The notes under the pieces: generated by a model
What the model saw: the letters and a program-made list of their open reading frames with translations, nothing else
Told to the model about the DNA's origin: nothing
Database searches by the model: none
In this document: positions 13,136 to 25,609 of the stretch, piece after piece
How the letters are laid out: every line of letters begins with the position of its first letter
Position numbering within the stretch: the first letter of the stretch is position 1
From: Eledone cirrhosa
Lineage: Eukaryota
Reading direction: 5' to 3'
DNA length: 64,000 nucleotides
NCBI GenBank assembly: GCA_964016885.1
Contig: OZ024741.1
Location: 372,682,001 to 372,746,000, forward strand
Made by a program: the position numbers and the translations under genes

Positions 13136-13292
13136 ATTCCGTTACAATTTACCAAAGCAGTCCGGCCCAGTAAATGGTAATGAATGCTACTTCTGGAGAA
13201 CTACAGGCTGCCAATTTGGTGACAAGTGTCACTATCGCCATTTCCCCGATCACAAGGGTATCGATTTGAAACCCTGGCATAAAGTGAAGTAA
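13136..13292 (+). CDS. Host gene terminal coding exon, CCCH zinc finger
   Basis: TCTCTCTTCCACTAG acceptor; the split codon AG|A gives Arg. Translates FRYNLPKQSGPVNGNECYFWRTTGCQFGDKCHYRHFPDHKGIDLKPWHKVK* (C-x7-C-x5-C-x3-H). The RRM plus terminal ECYFWRTTGC finger resembles TTC31-like proteins as I recall them; not searched. Confidence 0.85.
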
Positions 13293-13716
13293 TTACACTG
13301 CTGCAGCTTTCTGACCTTTTCTTAGATCTCCAAGACACAACTCTAAGATGAACACAAGCATGTACAAAAATGAACACACAAACGTATACACTGTTTCATC
13401 AAAGGATTCTTTTTATAACAATCTCCTGCAAACACGTTTATCTATATCTTCTTATCCCCTCCCCCCTCTCTCTCTCTCTTTATATATATATATATATATA
13501 TATTTAAAAAAAGGAAAAGAATGACTTCACTTGTAGTTCTAAACAATTTTATTTTATTTTATATTATGATTTGGTAGATCTAGTTCTATCAAATCATATT
13601 ATAAAATTAAATCAATTTGTTTAGAACTACAAATGAAGTCATTCTTTTCCTTTTTTTAAATATACCTAACTGTACCAAGAATTTCACACATTTTCCAATG
13701 TATATATATATATATA

Positions 13717-13849
13717 AAAAATTTAATATAGAAATGGCTTCTACAAGACTAAAACTGTTTCATTCGAAGGAAATCATCAGAGCTTTCCTAATTATTTCCT
13801 TCAAATGAAACAGATGTATCCTGTAGAAGCCATTTCTGTATTGAATTTT
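13717..13849. repeat. Fold-back with hammerhead-like core, ~430 bp downstream of the host stop codon
   Basis: Arms ~13717-13774 / 13793-13849. Minus strand 13748-13783 reads GCT-CTGATGA-T-TTC-CTTC-GAA-T-GAAAC-AGT-TTT-AGT. Confidence 0.6.
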
Positions 13850-14847
13850 GTTGTATACACTTTACTAATGTATTGAGGACCTTACTTACCGTGGTTACCT
13901 CTGATTGAACCCAGGACTCACACACATATACATATATTCTCTCTTTCTCTTTCCTTTCTATGCTTTATTCTCTCTACACTTCTACAGTTTTCTTTCTCTC
14001 TCCAAGGAAGAGGTTGATATGTACTGAGTTCTTTAGTTGTGCAATATATTGATACTAGTGTGTTTTATGCAGTAAGTGTTTAGATGGTTGCGTTGGATCT
14101 TGCAGCTGAGACTCAGTTGGGGTGAAGGTGAACGGAAGCCATGGAATATGTTGATGTAAAGTTTCTCAGGGTGACACTGAAAAAGGAAGATCATCATTTA
14201 GTTGTTGTAAAATAATGAACTGGTTGGTAGTAGGGCTGGAAGTAGAGACACTTTGTTGACTACACAGCTGTCTTCAAAATTTGGATAAAAATAATAAAAA
14301 ACAAAACAAAACAAAGAAACAGAACAAATAAATTAAATTAAATAACTGAAATATTTTTGCTGATAATGATTATGAATTAAATTTTGATTACAAGGGTCTG
14401 TATTACCTTTGAATTTAAAAAGTTTATTTTTATTTTTATTTGTTTTCTTTCTTCTACTTTCCATTAGAACTGAAGATATTCTCATCTTTATTAAAACTTG
14501 TCTAGTGACATGTTATATCTTTCTGCATTATCATTCTTGATAATGATTCTAGATGTTTGTTGGTTCTGCTTAGTGTCTCCCTATACGAAGTGTTTACTTG
14601 CTATAATACCCACTTTAAGTGAATTGGCAGAGTTATTAAAGTATTGGATTAAATGTCTCAGCACTATTCTGGCTCGCTGTACTCCGAGTTCAAATCCTGC
14701 CAAAGTCATCTTTGCCTTCCATCCTTTCAAAGTCAATAAGTAAATTATCCGTCAAGGAGTAGTGGGCTGGTAGTATCTGCTCCAACTCGGTGCATTCTGG
14801 GTTCAAATCCTGCTTCATGTCACTGGAAGTGTGGTAACATTCTTGCC

Positions 14848-15170
14848 AAGAGTTGCAACCAACAGATAGTATCAGGACCAATGGGAACAGTTTACTTGGT
14901 CTGATCTACTTGGTCAGCTCCTTTCCTGTGTCAGGAGTTGTGACTGACTGATAGTATCAGCAATGGAAACATAGTTTACTTGGTCTGATCTGATGATCAG
15001 TTCCTTTTCTCTGTCAGGAGTTGTGACTGACTGATAGTATCAGCAATGGAAACAATCTCCTTGGTCTGATCTGCTGATTAGCTTCTTTCTTCTGCCAAGA
15101 GCTACAACAATCACATAGTATCAGTAATGGAATGACAATGGAAGCATAGTTTCCTTGATCTGATCTAATG
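14848..15170 (+). repeat. Tandem of four ~80-bp units
   Basis: Unit ~GAGTTG.GACTGACTGATAGTATCAGCAATGGAAACA.AGTTT.CTTGGTCTGATCT. Related single copies at ~39036-39118, 54288-54320 (-) and 62460-62525. Confidence 0.7.
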
Positions 15171-15884
15171 TTAAATCCCACTATATGGTATCTCAGCAAA
15201 ATGTCATTTAATATAGCCTTGAGTCAACCCAAGCCTTGTGAGTGAAATGTGGTTGGCAAACACTGTTTGGGAGCCCATTGGGTGAGCTATACTTGTAATT
15301 CAAATATCTGGCCTTGTCATACACTGTGTCAAGGTGAATTTCCCTGAGAATTACATTAACCCTTTCCTAGCTGTATTTCCAATGAAATACATTCTATTTC
15401 AATTAATTAATGAATAAGGAATTTACTGAAATTATTAAGAAAACTTTCTGGCTCCTAATTTCTTAGGAGTACCTACTTGTGTGAAATCTGTTTTTAACTT
15501 CCCAAGCCAAAAATATTGTTACAGTATTGAATTTATGGTCATAATGTTGTAGGTTCAATTCCCAGACAAGGTTGTGTGTTGCTCCAATAGACTCTGCTGA
15601 AAATGAGTATTAGCAGTAGCTGGGGGTTAATATTGTGATAGCCTGGCATTCTGTCCAGGAAGAAGCCTTGTACTCTGTCACTTAACACTGATGAAACAAG
15701 GGTAAACACCAGCTTGATGAACCCCAGGATTTAGGACAGGTTTCAACTTTTATCAAAAGGGCTGATTCTACATTTGGGTAATTTTTAAAATGCCAACATG
15801 AACCAGTGTCTTAAATATCTGTTGACAGTGCAATACCTGTTGTATAATTCTTGATGGACATAGTTTACTGAGATGATAAAAATA

Positions 15885-16210
15885 ATGTAAGGTGGTTGTG
15901 TTGGTGACACGACAAAAAGCGCCCTGTCCATCCTGTAAAGTGGTCATGTTGGTGACACGACAAAAAGCCCCCAGTCCATCCTGTAAAGTGGCCATGTTGG
16001 TAACATGACAAAAGGCGCCTAGTCCGTCCTGTAAAGTGATCATGTTGGTGTCCCAACATAAAAGCACCCAGTCCACTCTGTAAATGTGGTTGGCATTAGG
16101 AAGGGCATCCAGCCATAGAAGCCAAGCCAGAAACAGTCCTGTATGAGCAAGACATGGTCAGCTGATCTAACTTATCTTAAAATGGGACAACTCATCTAAC
16201 CCATGCTAGC
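15885..16210 (+). mobile_element. RTE-derived non-autonomous element with short internal tandem repeats
   Basis: About four repeats of GTTGGTGACACGACAAAAAG..CCAGTCC.TCCTGTAAAGTG, then GGAAGGGCATCCAGCCATAGAA and CTAACCCATGCTAGC. Confidence 0.6.
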
Positions 16211-16337
16211 TATTAGAATATCTAACTAATAGTAATTTATTGAAAAATCTTTTCTTATTTTGTTATTTTTTAATATTTAAAAAAATCTTTTCCCTTAAAA
16301 TATTCTCAATTCTGACTTTTTTTAAATTTGGTTTTAC

Positions 16338-18914
16338 TAATTTCCTTCATGCAATGTATAACATATCACTATTCATAATTTCCTTCATGTAGTATATAAC
16401 CCACCACCATTCATAATTTCCTTCATGTAGTATATAACCCACCACCATTCATAATTTCCTTCACGTATTATATAGTCCATCACCATTCATAATTTCCTCC
16501 ATGTAGTATATAACCCACCATCATTCATAATTTCCTTCATGTAGTATATAACCCACCATCATTCATAATTTCCTTCATGTAGTATATAACCCACCATCAT
16601 TCATAATTTCCTTCATGTAGTATATAACCCACCACCATTCATAATTTCCTTCACGTATTATATAGTCCATCACCATTCATAATTTCCTCCATGTAGTATA
16701 TAACCCACCATCATTCATAATTTCCTTCATGTAGTATATAACCCACCATCATTCATAATTTCCTTCATGTAGTATATAACCCACCACCATTCATAATTTC
16801 CTTCATGTAGTATATAACCCATCACCATTCATAATTTCCTTCATGTAGTATATAACCCACCATCATTCATAATTTCCTTCATGTAGCATATAACCCATCA
16901 CCATTCATAATTTCCTTCATGTAGTATATAACCCATCACCATTCATAATTTCCTTCATGTAGTATATAACCCACCACCATTCATAATTTCCTTCATGTAG
17001 TATATAACCCATCACCATTCATAATTTCCTTCATGTAGTATATAACCCATCATCATTCATAATTTCCTTCATGTAGTATATAACCCATCATCATTCATAA
17101 TTTCCTTCATGTAGTATATAACCCATCACCATTCATAATTTCCTTCATGTAGTATATAACCCACCATCATTCATAATTTCCTTCATGTAGTATATAACCC
17201 ACCACCATTCATAATTTCCTTCATGTAGTATATAACCCACCACCATTCATAATTTCCTTCATGTAGTATATAACCCACCATCATTCATAATTTCCTTCAT
17301 GTAGTATATAACCCACCACCATTCATAATTTCCTTCATGTAGTATATAACCCATCACCATTCATAATTTCCTTCATGTAGTATATAACCCATCATCATTC
17401 ATAATTTCCTTCATGTAGTATATAACCCATCATCATTCATAATTTCCTTCATGTAGTATATAACCCATCACCATTCATAATTTCCTTCATGTAGTATATA
17501 ACCCATCATCATTCATAATTTCCTTCATGTAGTATATAACCCATCATCATTCATAATTTCCTTCATGTAGTATATAACCCATCACCATTCATAATTTCCT
17601 TCATGTAGTATATAACCCACCATCATTCATAATTTCCTTCATGTAGTATATAACCCATCACCATTCATAATTTCCTTCATGTAGTATATAACCCACCACC
17701 ATTCATAATTTCCTTCATGTAGTTTATAACCCACCATCATTCATAATTTCATTCATGTAGTATATAACCCACCACCATTCATAATTTCCTTCATGTAGTA
17801 TATAACCCATCACCATTCATAATTTCCTTCATGTAGTATATACCCCATCACCATTCATAATTTCCTTCATGTAGTATATAACCCACCATCATTCATAATT
17901 TCCTTCATGTAGTATATAACCCACCACCATTCATAATTTCCTTCATGTAGTATATAACCCATCACCATTCATAATTTCCTTCATGTAGTATATAACCCAT
18001 CATCATTCATAATTTCCTTCATGTAGTATATAACCCATCATCATTCATAATTTCCTTCATGTAGTATATAACCCATCACCATTCATAATTTCCTTCATGT
18101 AGTATATAACCCACCATCATTCATAATTTCCTTCATGTAGTATATAACCCATCACCATTCATAATTTCCTTCATGTAGTATATAACCCACCACCATTCAT
18201 AATTTCCTTCATGTAGTTTATAACCCACCATCATTTATAATTTCATTCATGTAGTATATAACCCACCACCATTCATAATTTCCTTCATGTAGTATATAAC
18301 CCATCACCATTCATAATTTCCTTCATGTAGTATATAACCCATCACCATTCATAATTTCCTTCACGTAGTATATAACCCACCACCATTCATAATTTCCTTC
18401 ATGTAGTATGTAACCCATCACCATTCATAATTTCCTTCATGTAGTATATAACCCATCACCATTCATAATTTCCTTCATGTAGTATATAACCCACCACCAT
18501 TCATAATTTCCTTCATGTAGTTTATAACCCACCATCATTCATAATTTCCTTCATGTAGTATATAACCCACCATCATTCATAATTTCCTTCATGTAGTATA
18601 TAACCCACCACCATTCATAATTTCCTTCATGTAGTATATAACCCATCACCATTCATAATTTCCTTCATGTAGTATATAACCCACCATCATACATAATTTC
18701 CTTCATGTAGTATATAACCCATCACCATTCATAATTTCCTTCATGTAGTATATAACCTATCACCATTCATAATTTCCTTCATGTAGTATATAACCTATCA
18801 CCATTCATAATTTCCTTCATGTAGTATATAACCTATCACCATTCATAATTTCCTTCATGTAGTATATAACCCATCACCATTCATAATTTCCTTCATGTAG
18901 TATATAACCCATTC
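16338..18914. repeat. 38-bp minisatellite, ~67 copies
   Basis: Unit ATAATTTCCTTCATGTAGTATATAACCCAYCAYCATTC, period 38 (16375, 16413, ...). No unique spacers. Confidence 0.97.
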
Positions 18915-19050
18915 AAAACTGTCTACAGGTCCTTTTGCTGACTTTAAAAAACAAAGTAATTTTATTTTCTAAGTTTACATTTTTTCCTATAGTTGTCACT
19001 TGAGCAACAAGGACACAAACATTACAATATGACTAAATAACATTGGTTTC

Positions 19051-19905
19051 ATCATCATCGTTTTTATGTCTGCTTTTCCACGCTTACATGGGTTGGACGG
19101 GTCCTTCTTAGCATGACATCTGTCCTCTTATCGCATTCCTTCATCATCTCCTTTGCCAGTCTTAACGATTTGAGGTCATCTCTCACAACCTCTACCCAGT
19201 TCTTTCTTGGTTGACCTCTACTGTGGCTTCCTTCCATTAGGATTTCCTGGCATTTCTTCACTCCTCAGTCATTGTCCATACCAATGCAGTCATCTTTCCT
19301 GCACACCATCTCAGATTCCTCTTAAACCCAGCTTCTCCCTCAGCTCATCTAAGCTCATCCTTTCTCTCACAATTACATTGCACATCGAACGAAGCATGGT
19401 TGCTTCATTTCTCTCCAGTCTATGCATGTCCTCTGCAGTCACAGCCCATATTTCACTACCATGCAGCATTGCACACCACACACAGGTATCATACAGCCTT
19501 CCTTTTGTACATAGGGAGAAACTTTTTGTTGTGAACAGGAGGAGTAGTCCTCTAAACTTCTTCCATCCTATTCTTATTCTAGGTATTATACTCTTGGTGC
19601 ACCCTCCTCCACTGCTAATTAGATCACCTAGACAGTAGAAGCTATCAGCCATGTCTATGGATCCTTCATGGAACTGGAAAAAGTTTATATCATTGGCACT
19701 TTTCCTCTCAATTACTCCTGTCCATCTACAGGCAAAGTTCTCCCTTCCTGTTAGTCTACTCGTTAATCCACTACATCTTTTGTGTACACAAGATTTACAT
19801 TATATGGAGTTTATGCCTACTCCTTTTCTACATATTGGACAGAACCACTTCCCTGAAGGAACCTGGGTCCTATCTTCTTTCCTATTCACTAGTTTGTTTA
19901 CCTTA
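19051..19905 (-). mobile_element. Older RTE (A-related) 3' fragment
   Basis: ORFs 19311-19652 and 19064-19261 (GGGCTKSIIPRIRIGWKKFR..LHGSEIW); zinc-finger region; (CAT)n tail. Confidence 0.85.
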
Positions 19906-20475
19906 GTAGTATGTTGAACAATTTATGCACATTTGATGATGAAATATCCTTAACCAAGAAAGCCAGTGATGCTTTTGGATGGCTGAATGAACGTTTGTGG
20001 TCCAGACAAGTTATCACCATTGAAACCAAGGTAAAAGTGCATCTGACTTGTGCCCTCTTTTTGCTTTATGCTTGCGAAACGTGGGTCACATAGAAAGCAC
20101 CTGAAGAAACTGGAGCGGTTTCACCAACAATCTCTTTGTAAGATACTTGGGGTGTGATGGAAAATGTTCATCATCGACTTGGAAGTTCTCGAACAGAGCA
20201 GGTGTATGAGTATAGAGAGCATGATCTGTCGGCATCAGTAGTGTTGGTGCGGTCCCGTGGTGCGGATGTCTGATGATCGTATGCCAAAGCAACTTCTCTA
20301 TGGTGAACTGTGTGAAAGAATGCGATCACCACACAAACCAAGAATATGGTACCAAGACTATGTCGGGCACCGTGGCTTGTCCTGGAATTCCATCGGACGA
20401 ATGGGAGAAAATGGCTGAGGAACATGTCAAGTGGAGACGTTTGATCACATCAGGAAGTGATGTACTTTGAAAGTG
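19905..20475 (+). mobile_element. RTE (BovB-like) degenerate RT C-terminal fragment
   Basis: DDEISLTKKASDAFGWLNERLW..TKVKV..LLYACETW..HLKKLERFHQQSL..PKQLLYGEL, with stops and frameshifts. Confidence 0.75.
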
Positions 20476-21478
20476 GTGTACTTTTAAAATATAAATACAA
20501 ACATTTTTATTATAAATAAACACTTTATTTTAACATACATTTCAAGCATTTTCGTTTAAATATCTCATATTGATGGATATATGAACCAGCGAAGACTCAT
20601 TTTCTCATTCATTGCGCATCTGAAGAACCAAAGAATTTTCTCCAATCTAAGGTAGGGATTTCAGGAAAAATTGAATATATATAATATAGGTGGTTATAGT
20701 GGAGTATTCCACTATTATTTTTGGTAAGGTGAGAGAAGCTCGATGCATACTAAAATCCTCAGCTCATAAAGAATTTAAAATAGGAAAATAAATCTTCAAA
20801 AGTTAAAGTTCTTGTTGCTGAGGACATTTCAAGTAGCAGAGCATTAATATTCAAAATGAGAAAAGACCAAGGTTAACAACTTAAATCCATTTTTTAATTT
20901 CTATGTCTGTTCCAATACGGTTACAATACTACCTGCATATACAAACAATCGGAAATAATCAATTAGCATTATAAACACTGTACATAATACATATAACTGC
21001 ATTTCTTCAGGAAAATGTGAGAAAGAACTAAGTCTTCCAAATTCAAATAATAATAAGAATATACCTCATATCAAACACTAGGTGTAAAGCAAGGAATTAA
21101 ATATAACAAAACATTGTACATGGAGTTATTGCAATGTGCAAAAATATTGCAGTTATATATATTATATACAGTGTTAGGATGTGCTAATTAAATATCTCTG
21201 ATTGTTTGCATTTGCATGTATTATTGTAACTATAGAAACAGACGTAGAAACTATAGAATGTATTTAAGTTGTTGAACTTGGTCTTTTATCATTTGCTCAT
21301 TTTGTTTATATACATATGTATATATATAGTAATAATAATTACAAAGACCAAAATCTGAAGACCGCTTCATAAGGATTGTATATGTATATATGTATATATA
21401 TATGCGTATATGTGTATATCTATATGTATATGTAAGCGTCTAACCCGTGCTAGCGTGGAAGATAGAAGTTAAATGATG

Positions 21479-21518
<40 letters not shown>

Positions 21519-21536
21519 TATGTATATATATATATG

Positions 21537-23801
21537 CAGTGGCGTAGCTAAGGTAAACGGCGCCCAGGGCAAGCATCAAAATTACCCCCCCCCCCCCCCC
21601 CCAATCAAAAAGTCAAGATCCACAAAGACGAAATTGCGGTAGAATTTATAATAAAAAAACAAAAAGCGGTTACAACTTGATTTTTCGGGCTTTTAATGAG
21701 GCAAACTAGTTGATAATTTCCTCGAAATAGAGTTCGTTCAAACTCTTCGATTTCTACACTCAAAAGGGCGAGGGCAGTCAGCTGTTGTTGGCTCATTGAG
21801 GTTCGCAAATACGAATGTATTAGCTTCAGCTTGCTGAACAACCTCTCGGCAATTGAAAAAGAAATCGTCAACATTATTTGAATGCTGATTCGCAAATTGG
21901 GAAAAACACATTCATTGCCGTATTGTATGATGAATTGGAGAAGTGCCTCCGGCTTTAAAATTGGGTCAGTTGTCCTAGTAGCGAGCAAAGATCGGCAGTC
22001 CAAGATTTCCTCATACAATTGCTCTCCATCGATGTCGGAGTTGTATAGTTCCGCAAGACTGAGGCACCTTTGTTTAAGGACAAGGTTATCAGGAGCAGCC
22101 AAATAAAATAGATAGTTGACATCAAAAAGAAAACCAAAACTTGAGTCGCTTTCCTTGAGTAGAATAAACCGTTCTTCCATTTCTGTTTGAAGACGATTGA
22201 GTGAACTTTGCATTGCTCCCTCTATCTCTTTTCTGGCAGCCACCTCGACGTCCTCAGTAATTTCGGTATTGGTTTGTCGTCTTCCTCGCCTCCTCGGAAA
22301 ATCGACATTTCATTTCTGGCAGAGGTCGAAGCCCATTTCAAGAGACTCGTGGATTAAGGATGTTCCTTCTTCTTTAAAATAAAGTTGAAGGGCTCCTATA
22401 TCAGCTGCAGCATCATGAAAATTCATTCTTGGATCTTGAAGTCTCTTTTGAACCCGGTCAATTTGTGAGAGAATCGTGTTCCAGAATCCAATCAAGTTCA
22501 GGAATTCATAACTCAGTATCCGATTATGGAGATTACTGGCATCACTTCTACTCTTGCATGTCTCTGTTTCATCATCACTAATTTTTTCGAGAACTTGAAC
22601 AATCAGCATAAAATAATTCGCAACCGGTCTGACTGCGGTACATCTAGCACTCCACTGCGTGTCGGAAGGATATTTAACAACCACTGGAGCAACTTCTTTA
22701 AGGGCTTCCCATCATCGTGTTGAACGAGAAAAAAAAGTTGTATAATGAGTCAATGCAACTGAAAAAGTTCATCATAGCAGAATCGTTTTTGGCTGCGTGA
22801 AGACCAGCCAGATTAAGTGAATGGTTATTGCAATTAACGAAGTGAATCAAATTATTCTTCTCTCTCATTCTCTGCTGAACCCCACTGCGGTGCCCAGCCA
22901 TTATGGCAGCATTGTCGTAGCACTGCGATCGACAGTTCTGCAGTGGTAGGTCATCTTTTTCTAGCTCTTTCACGATTGTTTCAACAAGGCTTGCGGCATC
23001 TTTTTTGATTACTTGAATGAATCCAAGAAAAGATTCCCTCACAACGACAGTCTTCATATTGAAATCAACATCGACATATCGCACAACTTTCGACAGTTGT
23101 TCTCGGCGCGCCTGGTCAGGGGTCGAATCAATCAGCAGACCATAGTATCTTGCTTTTTGGATACGATTTAGTAAATTCTGACGAACTGTATTATAGAAGA
23201 AAACATTGAACCATCTAAACTGGAGTCAAATTGAATTCCTAATAGAAGCTATCCAATCCTATCTGGCCATTTGGCTTATGATACCTTTTCTATACGTCTT
23301 ATGTACCAGTTGTAAAAGACAAACTACTCTGTTTTGTAAACCAGCTTCATAATTATAATTATCTTGTATTGGTCATTGCAATGCATTGCTAAAAATAGCG
23401 CCTGCATGTCCACCAGTTGCACGTCCAAAACTACGTCCTTTCAGTCAGTGTGGGTGGGGGGCGGTTTTGTGAGGTCAAGTGAGGTATCCGCTGTTTTGCA
23501 ATGTATAGCTAAAACTAGCGCTCGCATAATTGCAACTCACCCTGCTGTCAGTGTGTGTGTGTTTGGGGGGGGGGGGGGGGGGGACGTTTTTGTGAAGTCA
23601 AATCAGACATCTGCTCTGTCTAGTGCACTAGACATGGCGTAGAAGTCGGCTATCAAGAAATCACATGCTTCATTTTTGTCTTATATTTTTAAAAATGATA
23701 AAAACGACATGGATGTAAATCGATCTAGGTCGAAATTGCGCCCCCCTAAATATGGCGCCCGTGGTATGTGCCCTGCTTGCCACACCCTAGCTATGCCACT
23801 G
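21537..23801 (-). mobile_element. hAT DNA transposon (ZMYM1/DUF4371-type), internally deleted and frameshifted
   Basis: TIRs CAGTGGCGTAGCTAAGG and CCCTAGCTATGCCACTG; 8-bp TSD TATATATG on both sides; transposase fragments on -. Confidence 0.92.
21605..23170 (-). pseudogene. hAT transposase pseudogene
   Basis: LIDSTPD..EQLSKVVRYV, QCYDNAAIMAGHRSGVQ, HFVNCNNHSLNL, SDTQWSAR, and C-terminal FPNLRISIQIMLT..AERLFSKLKLIHSYLRTSMSQ (hAT dimerisation). Split over three ORFs. Confidence 0.88.
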
Positions 23802-24219
23802 TATATATGTATATATAGATATATGTATATATAGATATGTGTGCATATATATATATGTATATATAAATATGTGTATATATATATGTATATATATAGATAT
23901 GTGTGTATATATATGTATATATGTATATATATATATATATATATGTATATATGTGTATATATATATGTATATATGTATATATATATATATGTATATATGT
24001 ATATGTATATATGTATATATATATGTATATATATGTATATATATATATGTATATATATACGCATATATATACACATATATATATATATATGTATATATAT
24101 GCATATATAATATATATATACACATATAAATATATATATATATATAAATATATATGTATATATATGCATATATATACATATATATAAATATATATATATA
24201 TATATGTATATATATGATA

Positions 24220-24298
<79 letters not shown>

Positions 24299-24304
<6 letters not shown>

Positions 24305-24826
24305 ATGTCAAGACGGGCGGTCTCAAAAGTGAAACTAATTTTACGATTGTGAATTTGTTTGTTTTTTTACAACAGGTCTCAATAGTGAAAGTATAATGCA
24401 GACACACGCAATTGTATGGATTTCTTAATATATATATATGTGTGGGTGTGTATATGCGTGTATATATATGTGTGTGTGTATGTATATATATATATATGTG
24501 TTTGTGTCATCATCATCGTTTAACGTCTATCTTCCACGCAAGCATGGGTTTAGACGTATATATATGTTTGTGTGTATATATGTGTTTGTGTGTATATATA
24601 TGTGTGTTTGTGTGTATATATATGTGGCGACATACACACATATATATATATATATACATACACACACACACATATATACACACCCATATATATATATATA
24701 TTAAGAAATCCATATACAATTGCGTGTGTCTGCATTATACTTTCACTATTGAGACCTGTTGTAAAAAAACAAACAAACTCACAATCGTAAAATTAGTTTC
24801 ACTTTTGAGACCGCCCGTCTTGACGT

Positions 24827-24832
<6 letters not shown>
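24299..24832. repeat. Inverted repeat (arms 24299-24431 / 24698-24832) around a (TA/TG)n core
   Basis: Arms are near-perfect reverse complements (GGCATA.GTCAAGACGGGCGGTCTCAAAAGTGAAAC...). A short RTE tail lies at 24508-24557. Confidence 0.85.
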
Positions 24833-24889
<57 letters not shown>

Positions 24890-25127
24890 GGTTACAGAAT
24901 CGACTATACACCTTTCACCGTATTTATACCTATAACATTTAAATTACTATGCATGGCGATGTGAAATTATTATCATACCCTTTCAGGGTCTATATTAAAA
25001 ACTTTGGTTTTAATATCTGCCTCCGATGAGCCCCCCCCCCCCCCCCCCCCCCCGGGCGAAACACGTGCAAGAGCTATATAAAATATGTTTTAACGGCTTG
25101 TAACTTTTTCATTCACTCATTCTTTTG

Positions 25128-25179
<52 letters not shown>

Positions 25180-25609
25180 GAGTTACACATGTGCTTTTAC
25201 AAAGCTCTACGTCATTCACAAAGTTGGTGCAGAGCAAAATACCTGTTGATAACGTGATATTCCTTGTTCGATTATTATGCTAAAAGCTTATAGTTTTAAG
25301 CAGACAGTATTATTGATTTAGGTGTCATAGAAACCCTGCATTTGGATTTTACCATCAATTCCAATGGGTCCAGGTCTGTTTTTATCATTTATTTTGTTTG
25401 ACCTGTTTAGCTTGATTTGTTTTTTGGTTTAGGTGGTTAATGCCTTCTTAGCCACTTTTTCAGTTTGTATGGCGTTTTAACATATTGTTTAGCTCTGGTT
25501 TTTTAACTATGGAGCGCTTGCCAGCATAACTCTGATTTTGCGGTTCGTTTCGCTTTTTCTACCCGCCGAGATGCGATTCTCGCTGAATTTATATTCATAT
25601 ATATATATA

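Noticed and set aside
16338-18914. CRISPR-like regular array
   Set aside because: Units are contiguous with no unique spacers, there are no cas genes, and the context is eukaryotic; it is a minisatellite.
24299-24832. MITE interpretation of the inverted repeat
   Set aside because: Any TSD is hidden by (TA)n and the ends match no TIR superfamily I recognise; left as an unclassified inverted repeat.
23681-24942. Long Ile/Tyr-rich ORFs here and at 30862, 38883, 41596-43335, 49721-50375, 53880 and 57802-59166
   Set aside because: Translations of (TA)n/(TACA)n microsatellites, which lack stop codons.
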